DNA of 64,000 nt from Bacillus subtilis subsp. subtilis str. 168 (GTDB taxonomy: Bacteria; Bacillota; Bacilli; Bacillales; Bacillaceae). The position numbers and the translations under genes were made by a program. A model generated the notes under the pieces. The model worked only from the letters and a program-made list of their open reading frames with translations, ran no database searches and was not told the DNA's origin. This document shows positions 53,032-62,067 of the stretch, piece after piece. Location of the stretch: positions 2,914,001-2,978,000 of the forward strand of contig NC_000964.3 of NCBI RefSeq assembly GCF_000009045.1, read 5' to 3'. How positions within the stretch are numbered: position 1 is the stretch's first letter; each line of letters begins with the position of its first letter.

Positions 53032-54054
53032 TTATACAGCAGACGGATGTTTCATTCGTGCCGCTACATGGCGGATTAGATCAACAACTCTGCAGGAGTA
53101 GCCCCATTCGTTGTCATACCACGCCAGCACCTTTACTTTCCTGTCTTCCATTACCATTGTTGTAAGCCCGTCAATGACCGCTGAATGCGGATTCGTATTA
53201 TAATCAGTCGAAACGAGCGGTTCATCTGAGTAATCAAGTACACCGTACATCGACGTTTTGGCAGCGCGTTTAAATGCCTCGTTTACTTCTTCAGCCGTAA
53301 CATCCGTTTTCAGATCAACAACGAGATCAACCAATGAGACGTTCGGAACAGGGACACGCAAGGCGAGGCCGTGAAGTTTTCCTTTCAGATGCGGCAGCAC
53401 AAGCGAAAGCGCCTTTGCCGCTCCTGTTGTTGTTGGAATGATGGATTCACCGCAAGCCCGCGCCCGGCGCAAATCTTTGTGCGGGTTATCAATATTTTTT
53501 TGGTCATTCGTATACGCATGAACTGTAGTCATCAGACCGCTCTCAATGCCAAACTCTTCATCCAGCACTTTTACAACAGGCGCAAGGCAATTTGTCGTGC
53601 ATGACGCATTTGAAATAATGACATGGCGCTCAGCGTCGAATTGGTCCTCATTTACGCCCATCACAATGGTAACGTCTTCATTTTTTCCCGGAGCGGTCAA
53701 AATCACTTTTTTTGCACCTGCTTCTATATGGCCCATCGCTTTATCTTTAGCATTAAACTTCCCTGTTGCTTCGACGACTATGTCAATATCATATTCCCGC
53801 CAAGGCAGCTGTTTTGGATCACGGCTGTTTAACAAAAGCACTTTCTTTCCATTTACGATCAGGCTATCTTCACCAGCCACAACCTCTTTGTCGTATCTGC
53901 CGTGAATTGTGTCATACTTTATTAAATGAGCCAGCGTTTCTGCGGAATAGCTGGCGTTAATGGCCACTACTTGAATTTGATCGTCTAACATCGCTTTTCT
54001 AAAAACCATTCTTCCGATTCTTCCAAACCCGTTGATCGCTACTTTTACCTTCAT
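53032..54054 (-). CDS. gapB: Gluconeogenic NADP-dependent GAPDH
   Basis: GFGRIGR followed by AINAS (not ND), catalytic ASCTTNC; start MKVKV (340 aa). Confidence 0.96.
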   Translation of the reverse strand: MKVKVAINGFGRIGRMVFRKAMLDDQIQVVAINASYSAETLAHLIKYDTIHGRYDKEVVAGEDSLIVNGKKVLLLNSRDPKQLPWREYDIDIVVEATGKFNAKDKAMGHIEAGAKKVILTAPGKNEDVTIVMGVNEDQFDAERHVIISNASCTTNCLAPVVKVLDEEFGIESGLMTTVHAYTNDQKNIDNPHKDLRRARACGESIIPTTTGAAKALSLVLPHLKGKLHGLALRVPVPNVSLVDLVVDLKTDVTAEEVNEAFKRAAKTSMYGVLDYSDEPLVSTDYNTNPHSAVIDGLTTMVMEDRKVKVLAWYDNEWGYSCRVVDLIRHVAARMKHPSAV

Positions 54055-54103
54055 GTTGGACACCCCTTATCAATTATGCCATCCTAATTTGTTACTATCT
54101 AAA

Positions 54104-54120
54104 ATTAGTATAACACATTA
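54104..54120 (-). promoter_or_regulatory. CcpN operator overlapping the extended -10 of gapB
   Basis: TAATGTGTTATACTAAT contains TGtTATACT and resembles CcpN sites at gluconeogenic promoters. Confidence 0.7.
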
Positions 54121-54221
54121 AAACAAATTCGCCAGTACATATTGATAAAAATCAACGATTATAACGCTAATTTATGATGCATCTTATGTTTTCTTGCACA
54201 GAATATCAGGCGTAAGAACCA

Positions 54222-54250
54222 AAAAGCAGCCAGCGCTCCGCACTGACTGC
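54222..54250 (-). terminator. Terminator after ytcD
   Basis: GCAGTCAGTGC/GCGCTGGCTGC stem plus TTTTT. Confidence 0.7.
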
Positions 54251-54259
54251 CCTCATGCT

Positions 54260-54640
54260 TTATGATTCCTGTTTTAACTTATCATTGAGCACACTTTCTT
54301 CTAGCACAGAAAATGTATCCCCGTACACTCTGTTAATATGATTCGCTCCCCAAGCACACAGCATATCTAAAATCCCTTCTAAGCTGCGGCCGTATTCGCT
54401 GAGCTCGTATTCCACTTTGGGAGGAACTTGATTATATACGATTCGGTTAATGACACCGTCCGCTTCCAGCTCGCGCAGCTGCTGAGTCAGCATTTTTTGC
54501 GTGATATTGGGCATTAGGCGTTTTAATTCACTTGTGCGTTTTTTTCCGTGCGTCAGATGGCATAAAATGACGCATTTCCATTTCCCACCGATCACTTCAA
54601 GAGTCGCTTCAACAGAAATGTTATATTTTTTCTTCTCCAT
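54260..54640 (-). CDS. ytcD: HxlR-family winged-helix regulator
   Basis: LEVIGGKWK, ITQKMLTQQLRELE and PPKVEYELS motifs; start MEKKK after GAGGAG. Confidence 0.92.
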   Translation of the reverse strand: MEKKKYNISVEATLEVIGGKWKCVILCHLTHGKKRTSELKRLMPNITQKMLTQQLRELEADGVINRIVYNQVPPKVEYELSEYGRSLEGILDMLCAWGANHINRVYGDTFSVLEESVLNDKLKQES

Positions 54641-54823
54641 ACAATCCATTCTCCTCACAGGCACCAAAAAGTGACTATAGCACTTCAAAGTACGTACTTT
54701 TATTTCTTAACGATATGTTTCATAATCACATTTGCCGGCTGATTTGAATCTGCTCTTTTTTATTTATATAGCTTACTCGGCAGAATTTCAATCATACAAC
54801 ACATCTTACAAAGGAGGAACATC

Positions 54824-56014
54824 ATGACTTCAGCCAATAAAAGCAATATTCCTGCACTACTGGCTTTGGCCGTAAGTGCATTCGCAATAGGGACAACTGA
54901 ATTTATCAGTGTCGGCCTTTTGCCGCTCATTGCTGATGACCTGGATATTCCCGTCACGACAGCAGGATTGACCGTTTCCCTTTATGCGCTCGGCGTTACA
55001 TTTGGGGCACCTATATTAACTTCATTGACCTCAAGCATGTCACGTAAGACACTATTGCTTTGGATCATGTTTATTTTTATTGCCGGTAATACGATGGCAG
55101 CAACCGCTTCAAGCATCGGGATTTTACTAGCAGCACGTGTGATATCGGCATTTTCGCACGGTGTGTTTATGTCGATCGGTTCGACAATCGCAGCGGATAT
55201 TGTCCCGGAGGATAAAAGGGCTAGCGCGATTTCAATTATGTTTACTGGCCTCACTGTGGCAACTGTAACCGGAGTTCCTTTTGGGACATTTATCGGCCAG
55301 CAGTTCGGCTGGCGTTTCGCCTTTATGGTCATTATCGCCGTCGGAATCATTGCTTTCATTACAAATGGCATTCTTGTACCGTCCAAATTACGAAAAGGGA
55401 CGAAAACAACGATGCGGGATCAATTGAAGCTTGTGACAAACAGCCGGTTATTGCTTTTATTTGTCATTACAGCGCTTGGATACGGAGGAACATTCGTTGT
55501 GTTCACGTATCTGTCTCCCCTGCTTCAGGAAGTAACAGGCTTCAAAGCCGGGACTGTTGCAGTGATTCTGCTCGGATACGGAATAGCTATTGCTATCGGC
55601 AATATGATTGGCGGAAAGCTGTCAAACCGAAATCCGATTGCCGCTTTATTCTATATGTTTATCGTACAGGCAATCGTTCTATTCGTACTGACATTTACAG
55701 CCCCGTATCAAGCAGCAGGGCTCATTACCATTCTCTGTATGGGATTGCTGGCCTTTATGAACGTGCCCGGCCTTCAGGTGTATGTCGTCATGCTGGCTGA
55801 GCGTTTTGTCCCGAGTGCAGTTGACGTCGCATCCGCGATGAATATCGCTGCCTTTAATGCAGGGATCGCGCTTGGGTCATACCTTGGCGGTGTGATCACC
55901 GATTCAATCGGATTGATTCATACCGCTTGGATAGGCGGATTAATGGTGGTCGGTGCAGTCATTTTAACAGGCTGGAGCCGCTTGATGGAAAAACGAGATC
56001 GGCAGGAAGCCTGA
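54824..56014 (+). CDS. ytbD: MFS efflux/sugar transporter (DHA1/AraJ-like)
   Basis: FAIGTTEF, ARVISAFSHG and VPFGTFIGQQFGWR; AAAGGAGG RBS. Confidence 0.92.
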   Translation: MTSANKSNIPALLALAVSAFAIGTTEFISVGLLPLIADDLDIPVTTAGLTVSLYALGVTFGAPILTSLTSSMSRKTLLLWIMFIFIAGNTMAATASSIGILLAARVISAFSHGVFMSIGSTIAADIVPEDKRASAISIMFTGLTVATVTGVPFGTFIGQQFGWRFAFMVIIAVGIIAFITNGILVPSKLRKGTKTTMRDQLKLVTNSRLLLLFVITALGYGGTFVVFTYLSPLLQEVTGFKAGTVAVILLGYGIAIAIGNMIGGKLSNRNPIAALFYMFIVQAIVLFVLTFTAPYQAAGLITILCMGLLAFMNVPGLQVYVVMLAERFVPSAVDVASAMNIAAFNAGIALGSYLGGVITDSIGLIHTAWIGGLMVVGAVILTGWSRLMEKRDRQEA

Positions 56015-56037
56015 CAATTTTAAAGGAGGAAATAAAC

Positions 56038-56880
56038 ATGACAACACATTTACAAGCAAAAGCAACACTTCATAATGGGGTAGAAATGCCTTGGTTCGGC
56101 CTCGGCGTGTTCCAAGTGGAAGAAGGATCTGAACTGGTAAACGCAGTTAAAACTGCCATTGTTCACGGGTACCGCAGTATTGATACTGCAGCAATCTATG
56201 GAAATGAAGCTGGAGTCGGAGAAGGGATTCGGGAAGGCATTGAAGAAGCAGGCATTTCAAGAGAGGATCTGTTTATCACATCGAAAGTATGGAATGCGGA
56301 TTTAGGCTACGAAGAAACACTCGCCGCGTTTGAAACAAGTCTGTCCAAACTCGGTCTGGATTATTTGGATCTATACCTCATCCACTGGCCTGTAGAAGGA
56401 AAGTATAAAGAAGCTTGGAGAGCGCTTGAAACGCTGTATAAAGAAGGCCGTATCAAAGCGATTGGCGTAAGCAACTTCCAAATTCACCATCTTGAAGATC
56501 TGATGACGGCAGCTGAAATTAAGCCTATGATTAACCAAGTGGAATTTCACCCGCGCCTCACACAAAAAGAGTTGATAAGATACTGCCAAAATCAGGGCAT
56601 CCAGATGGAGGCTTGGTCACCTTTAATGCAGGGACAGCTGCTGGATCACCCTGTATTGGCTGACATCGCTCAAACATATAATAAATCTGTCGCACAAATT
56701 ATTTTGCGCTGGGATCTGCAGCATGGCATTATAACGATTCCTAAATCAACGAAGGAACACCGCATTAAAGAAAATGCAAGCGTATTTGACTTTGAATTAA
56801 CGCAGGATGACATGAACCGAATCGATGCACTGAATGAAAACTTGCGCGTCGGTCCTGATCCGGACAACTTTGATTTTTAA
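56038..56880 (+). CDS. ytbE: Aldo-keto reductase
   Basis: GYRSIDTAAIY, ITSKVW, LYLIHWP and IGVSNF; AAGGAGG RBS before MTTHL. Confidence 0.94.
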   Translation: MTTHLQAKATLHNGVEMPWFGLGVFQVEEGSELVNAVKTAIVHGYRSIDTAAIYGNEAGVGEGIREGIEEAGISREDLFITSKVWNADLGYEETLAAFETSLSKLGLDYLDLYLIHWPVEGKYKEAWRALETLYKEGRIKAIGVSNFQIHHLEDLMTAAEIKPMINQVEFHPRLTQKELIRYCQNQGIQMEAWSPLMQGQLLDHPVLADIAQTYNKSVAQIILRWDLQHGIITIPKSTKEHRIKENASVFDFELTQDDMNRIDALNENLRVGPDPDNFDF

Positions 56881-56885
56881 TGGCC

Positions 56886-56918
56886 AAAAAACACCGTTCA
56901 ATATGAACGGTGTTTTTT
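56886..56918. terminator. Bidirectional terminator ytbE/coaE
   Basis: AAAAAACACCGTTCA-ata-TGAACGGTGTTTTTT. Confidence 0.93.
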
Positions 56919-56921
56919 GTA

Positions 56922-57515
56922 TTATGCCCAGCTGTTCATGATTTCATCAAGCTGCCTTTTGGTCTCTTCAAGCGTGCCGCTGTTATCAATGACTTGATCT
57001 GCTCTTGCTGTTTTTTCCTCTAAGGGCATTTGAGAGCGGATACGGCTGACTGCTTCTTCTTCTGTCAGCTGATTGCGCTTCATCAGACGTTCCAGTTGAA
57101 GCTCTTTTGTCACACTGACCACAATAATTTTATCAACCAATGATTCCAATTTGCTTTCGAACAATAGCGGGATATCCAATACAACAAATGCCTCCCGATT
57201 TGCAACGGCTTCATCACGGCGATTGAGCATTTCCTGCCTGACTGCGGGATGAACAATTGCATTTAAAGCGAGACGTTTTTGTTCATTTGTAAATACCAGC
57301 GCTCCAAGCTTTTTTCTATCTATATCGCCATTTGAGAGCAGTATGTCTTCACCGAATTCGTCAATGATTTGCCGGTAGGCCGGCATCCCTTTTTCTACCG
57401 CTTGTTTTGCAATGATATCTGCATCTATAACTGTTATTCCTTTTTCAATCAGCATATTGGCTACCGTGCTTTTGCCGCTAGCTATTCCTCCCGTTAAACC
57501 AATGACTAAGGTCAA
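56922..57515 (-). CDS. coaE: Dephospho-CoA kinase
   Basis: [13 protein letters not shown]-loop, VHPAV, DIPLLFE; TTG start (197 aa). Confidence 0.96.
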
Positions 57516-57530
57516 GAGATCCACTCCTTT

Positions 57531-58163
57531 TTACAATTTCCAGAGCCCAATCGTGATTAATAGAAGCCCCGGCAAAAACGCCATTTTATCGATCCATTTC
57601 CACTTAGACAGAAAATGGCCGGCATTGATTCCAATTGATACAAACAGCGAGCTCATGATTGCCACGGCGATGCTCATCACAATCGGCGAAAAACCGAGAA
57701 TGGCTGCGCCTATACCTGCTCCAAAGGCATCAATCGATAAGGCAAATCCCAATAAGACCGCCTCAATTCCGTTGATCACACCCGATTTGTCGATATCCGC
57801 ACTCATGGGTTTTCTCAAAATATGAATCACAATTCCTAATGACCGAACCTCTAGATTAAGCAGTGTTTTTTCATGCAATAGGTATTCTTTATCTTTTGCC
57901 GGTTTGAAAAATTGATACAGAACCCACGCACCGATTCCAACCAATATCAAACCGCCAAGCTTCTCCGTCACATATACAGGAAAAAACTTCGTGAGAAAGC
58001 TTCCGATCAGCATGGATATAAACATGACAGCACCGGAACAGCAGGCGATAACCAAAATCGCTTTAAACGGTATTTTCATTTTTCTCAATCCGTACGTAAA
58101 TCCGACTGAAAAACTGTCCAAGCTGACAGCCAACGCCAGCAGCAGTATAGAAACCATTTGCAT
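57531..58163 (-). CDS. ytaF: YtaF/MntP-family membrane protein
   Basis: Duplicated AVSLDSFSVG / ALSIDAFGAG motifs. Confidence 0.9.
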   Translation of the reverse strand: MQMVSILLLALAVSLDSFSVGFTYGLRKMKIPFKAILVIACCSGAVMFISMLIGSFLTKFFPVYVTEKLGGLILVGIGAWVLYQFFKPAKDKEYLLHEKTLLNLEVRSLGIVIHILRKPMSADIDKSGVINGIEAVLLGFALSIDAFGAGIGAAILGFSPIVMSIAVAIMSSLFVSIGINAGHFLSKWKWIDKMAFLPGLLLITIGLWKL

Positions 58164-58328
58164 ATCCGTTTCTTCCTTTCTGTTGGTGCTCTTGTATCAG
58201 ATGTGAAATGCCCGGGATTCATCACAATCATATATATGGGAAAGTGAAAAATCCGTGTTTCGAAAATGGCATCCTTAATCCAGAGTTACTGATATATGCA
58301 CCGACAGCTTGGACAATGAAGCATTATG

Positions 58329-59159
58329 CTACTTTTTTGTCTGGCACTTTGCGCAAAAATGCGTGCCTCTTCCTCCAACGACAATTTTCGAAATCATCGT
58401 TCCGCAATTTTTGCATGGCTCGTCTTTTTTTCCGTACACAAAATGCTGCAGCTGGAACATTCCGATTTCCCCTTGGGAGTTGATATATGAACGGACTGTG
58501 CTTCCGCCCGCATCAATCGCCTCCTGCAGAGTGTTTTTGATTTCAGCGTGAAGGGTTTTGATTGTTTTATCTGATAATTGATTTGCTTTTGTCTCGGGAT
58601 GGACACCCGCTCTGAAAAGAGCCTCATCCACATAAATGTTCCCGAGTCCAACTACCGTTTTTTGATCCAGTAGGGCAGTTTTGACAGCGCGGTTTGTTTT
58701 CGCAAGCCGGTCTTTTAAATACGCACTTGTAAATTCTTCTGCATCCGGCTCCGGCCCTAACTGAGAAAGCGGGAGCTCGCCCGCTTCTTCTCCCGGTTTA
58801 AATAAGTGCATGGTTCCAAATTTCCGCACATCCCTGTACCGGAGCTGGGTTCCATCCGTCATCGTGAATATGACATGCACGTGTTTATCGTCAGGCTCCT
58901 CGGCTTGATGAAGACCGTATTTTCCTTCCATTCGAAGGTGAGAAACCATAACATAATGATCTAAATGAAACAGTAAAAACTTTCCCCGTCTTCCGATGGA
59001 CTGTATCGTTTCTCCTGCTAGTTTTCGCGCAAATTCCTCCGGTTCGGCAGGCCGTTTGATGATATTCGGCCATCTGATCTCTACCGATTTGATTGTTTTT
59101 CCCTTTACAAGCCCGGTCAGAGTGCGCCGGACCGTCTCAACCTCTGGTAATTCCGGCAC
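58329..59159 (-). CDS. mutM: Formamidopyrimidine-DNA glycosylase
   Basis: N-terminal PELPEVE after a GTG start, HLRMEG, GLGNIY, C-terminal zinc finger. Confidence 0.97.
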   Translation of the reverse strand: MPELPEVETVRRTLTGLVKGKTIKSVEIRWPNIIKRPAEPEEFARKLAGETIQSIGRRGKFLLFHLDHYVMVSHLRMEGKYGLHQAEEPDDKHVHVIFTMTDGTQLRYRDVRKFGTMHLFKPGEEAGELPLSQLGPEPDAEEFTSAYLKDRLAKTNRAVKTALLDQKTVVGLGNIYVDEALFRAGVHPETKANQLSDKTIKTLHAEIKNTLQEAIDAGGSTVRSYINSQGEIGMFQLQHFVYGKKDEPCKNCGTMISKIVVGGRGTHFCAKCQTKK

Positions 59160-59181
59160 ATCCATCACTTCCTATCTCTGT

Positions 59182-61824
59182 TTATTTCGCATCGTACCAA
59201 GATGGGCCTGATGCAAAGTCCACCTTTAACGGCACATCTAATGCAAGCGCATGCTCCATCACTTCAGGAACAAGCTTTTCAAGAATTTCAATTTCTTCCT
59301 TTGGCGCCTCAAAAATCAATTCATCGTGTACTTGAAGCAGAAGCCTTGCTTTCAACTGTTTTTCTTTCAGCTTGGCAGCCATGTCAATCATGGCTTTTTT
59401 GATAATATCAGCGGCGCTTCCTTGAATCGGCGTATTCATGGCCGTCCGCTCCGCAAAACTTCGGATATTAAAGTTCCGGCTCGTCAGCTCAGGGATGTAG
59501 CGGCGGCGATGCATAAGCGTTGTTACGTATCCTTTTTGTTTCGCTTCCTGTACTGAATCTTCCATGTACGCTTTTACGCCTTGGAAGCTTTCCAGATAGC
59601 GGTCGATAAATGCTCCCGCTTCCTTCCGGGTAATGCCGAGGTTCTGTGACAGACCGTAATCGCTGATCCCGTAAACAATGCCAAAGTTGACCGCTTTCGC
59701 CTGGCGTCTCATCGCAGATGTCACTTCATCCTTAGCGACATGGAACACATCCATTGCCGTTTTCGTGTGAATATCCATATCATTAGTAAAAGCTTCGATC
59801 AGATTTTCATCCTTTGAAATATGGGCAAGCACCCGCAGCTCGATTTGTGAATAATCGGCTGCAAAAATGAGCCAGTCTTTTTCAGACGGCACAAAAGCTT
59901 GGCGAATTTTCCGCCCTTCCTCAAGCCTGATCGGAATGTTTTGCAGGTTCGGATCAGTCGAGCTGAGACGGCCAGTTTGCGTTAAGGCCTGGTTAAATCG
60001 CGTGTGCACTTTATGCGAATCCGGTCTCGTCACCTTTAAAAGCCCTTCGATATATGTTGATTGAAGCTTGCCAATTTGTCTGTACTGTAAAATATAGTCG
60101 ACAATATCATGCTTGTCAGCCAGCTTTTCAAGCACATCGGCAGACGTAGAATAGCCTGTTTTCGTTTTCTTTACGACAGGAAGGCCGATCTTTTCAAATA
60201 AGATGACGCCTAGCTGTTTCGGAGAATTGATGTTAAACGGCTCTCCCGCAATCTCATGGATTTTTTCTTCATATTCCTTCAGCTTCGCACCCAGTTCTTC
60301 ACCCATCCGTTTTAAACGGTCAACATCGACCTTGACGCCAGTTGATTCCATTTCGCCAAGAATAAGCGCAAGAGGCATTTCCAGCTCTTCAAACAGTTCA
60401 AGCTGGTCGTTGTTTTCCAGCTCTTGAACGAGCTTTTCCCGAAGGCTTTGAATCGCTAACGCTTTTCGGCCAAGGTGCTCAGACAGTACGTCTTCTGACG
60501 GCACTGCCCGTTTTGCTCCTTTTCCATAAACTGATTCATCACTTGAAACGATATGCAGGCCGTAATCCTTAGCCACACTCGCAACGTCGTCATATGAATT
60601 GCCCGGGTTGATGATATAAGCCGCAAGGAGCGTATCAAACTCGGCTCCTTTCAGCTCAATGCCCTGCCAGCGCAAAGCGACAACGGCCCGCTTGCTGTCG
60701 AAGACCCATTTCTTCTGCTCGTCATTTTCCACCCATTCTTTAAACACCTCAGACTCAACGGCAATGTCTTTCGGAATGAAATAAGCTCCCGTTTCATTTA
60801 CGATCGAAAATCCGAGGATCGGCTCTTCATGATAATTATCGCCAATCTGTTCAACGACAAATGCGGATGGAGAAACCAATATATCGCTTGTCACGTCTGT
60901 GACTGTTTTGACATTAATGTCTTCCAACGATTGATCCTGTTCTGCTTCTGCACTGTCTTCTCCAAGCCGTTCAAGAAGCGTGTTGAAGCCAAGATCTTTA
61001 AAGATGGCAATGACCTGTTCACGATTAAAGCCTTGATATTCCAGGCCGGAAACAGATACCTCAATCGGAGCATCCGTCATAATTGTCGCAAGCTCCTTGC
61101 TCATCAATGCCTGATCCTTAAACTCCTCAAGCTTTTCCTTCAATTTCTTTCCGCTCACCTCGTCAATGGACTCCAGCAGCTTTTCAACGGAATCAAATTG
61201 TTTTAAAAGCTTAATCGCAGTCTTTTCTCCGACGCCGGGCACACCCGGAATATTATCTGAGGAATCGCCCATCAGACCCTTCATGTCAATGATTTGTTCA
61301 GGCGTAAGCCCATATTTCTCTTTGACATGCTCCGGTGTGTAAAATTCAACATCGGTAATTCCCTTTCTCGTAATGGCAACTGTCGTTTTGTCCGTTGCCA
61401 GCTGGGTTAAATCCTTATCTCCTGAGAAAACCTTAACTTCAAATCCGTCTTTTTCAGCCGATTTGGCCAGTGTGCCGATAATATCATCCGCTTCATATTG
61501 TTCCAGTTCATAGCGGCTGATCTGGTAGGCATCCAGCAGCTCGCGGATAAACGGCATTTGTTCGGAAAGCTCAGGCGGGGTTTTCTGTCTGCCGCCTTTA
61601 TATTCTTTAAATGTGCCGTGACGAAATGTTGTTTTCCCGGCATCAAACGCAACCAGCATGTGCGTCGGTTTTTCATCCTCAAGCATTTTCATCAAAATCA
61701 TCGCAAAGCCGTATACAGCATTCGTATGAACACCTTTATCATTGCTTAACAGCGGCAATGCAAAAAACGCCCGGTAAGCCAGACTGTTTCCGTCTACAAG
61801 CACTAATTTTTTTCGTTCCGTCAT
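59182..61824 (-). CDS. polA: DNA polymerase I
   Basis: 5'-3' exonuclease LVDGNSLAYRAFFA, polymerase motifs DYSQIELR, KAVNFGIVYG and QVHDEL. Confidence 0.99.
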   Translation of the reverse strand: MTERKKLVLVDGNSLAYRAFFALPLLSNDKGVHTNAVYGFAMILMKMLEDEKPTHMLVAFDAGKTTFRHGTFKEYKGGRQKTPPELSEQMPFIRELLDAYQISRYELEQYEADDIIGTLAKSAEKDGFEVKVFSGDKDLTQLATDKTTVAITRKGITDVEFYTPEHVKEKYGLTPEQIIDMKGLMGDSSDNIPGVPGVGEKTAIKLLKQFDSVEKLLESIDEVSGKKLKEKLEEFKDQALMSKELATIMTDAPIEVSVSGLEYQGFNREQVIAIFKDLGFNTLLERLGEDSAEAEQDQSLEDINVKTVTDVTSDILVSPSAFVVEQIGDNYHEEPILGFSIVNETGAYFIPKDIAVESEVFKEWVENDEQKKWVFDSKRAVVALRWQGIELKGAEFDTLLAAYIINPGNSYDDVASVAKDYGLHIVSSDESVYGKGAKRAVPSEDVLSEHLGRKALAIQSLREKLVQELENNDQLELFEELEMPLALILGEMESTGVKVDVDRLKRMGEELGAKLKEYEEKIHEIAGEPFNINSPKQLGVILFEKIGLPVVKKTKTGYSTSADVLEKLADKHDIVDYILQYRQIGKLQSTYIEGLLKVTRPDSHKVHTRFNQALTQTGRLSSTDPNLQNIPIRLEEGRKIRQAFVPSEKDWLIFAADYSQIELRVLAHISKDENLIEAFTNDMDIHTKTAMDVFHVAKDEVTSAMRRQAKAVNFGIVYGISDYGLSQNLGITRKEAGAFIDRYLESFQGVKAYMEDSVQEAKQKGYVTTLMHRRRYIPELTSRNFNIRSFAERTAMNTPIQGSAADIIKKAMIDMAAKLKEKQLKARLLLQVHDELIFEAPKEEIEILEKLVPEVMEHALALDVPLKVDFASGPSWYDAK

Positions 61825-61941
61825 TCAATTTCCTCCTAAGAAGCCTCAGGCTTCCATTCATCTCTTACATAGTCATTAGCTCCTCTTATTTTAACAAAGT
61901 TCAATTTGAAAGGAAAATACGTGAACTATAAGAGAAGACAC

Positions 61942-61974
61942 AAAAAAGGACGGGAACACAAATAGGTTCCCGCC
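61942..61974 (-). terminator. Terminator of phoPR
   Basis: GGCGGGAAC-ctatttgt-GTTCCCGTC plus TTTTTT, about 95 nt after the phoR stop. Confidence 0.82.
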
Positions 61975-62067
61975 GTCAAAATTGGCTCCTTGGATGAAGG
62001 GGTTCTACTACATCCTACCAGCATAGGTTTAACAGTGCATGAAGATATTGTTAAACCTTTGTAAACA

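Noticed and set aside
54687-54700. AAAGTACGTACTTT as an AraR operator
   Set aside because: It shares only the GTACGTAC core. The flanks are inverted relative to ATTTGTACGTACAAAT, and the neighbouring genes are not arabinose-related.
61931-62024. About 32-aa minus-strand ORF (MLVGCSRTP...) after phoR
   Set aside because: It has no RBS and runs through the terminator stem and T-tract.
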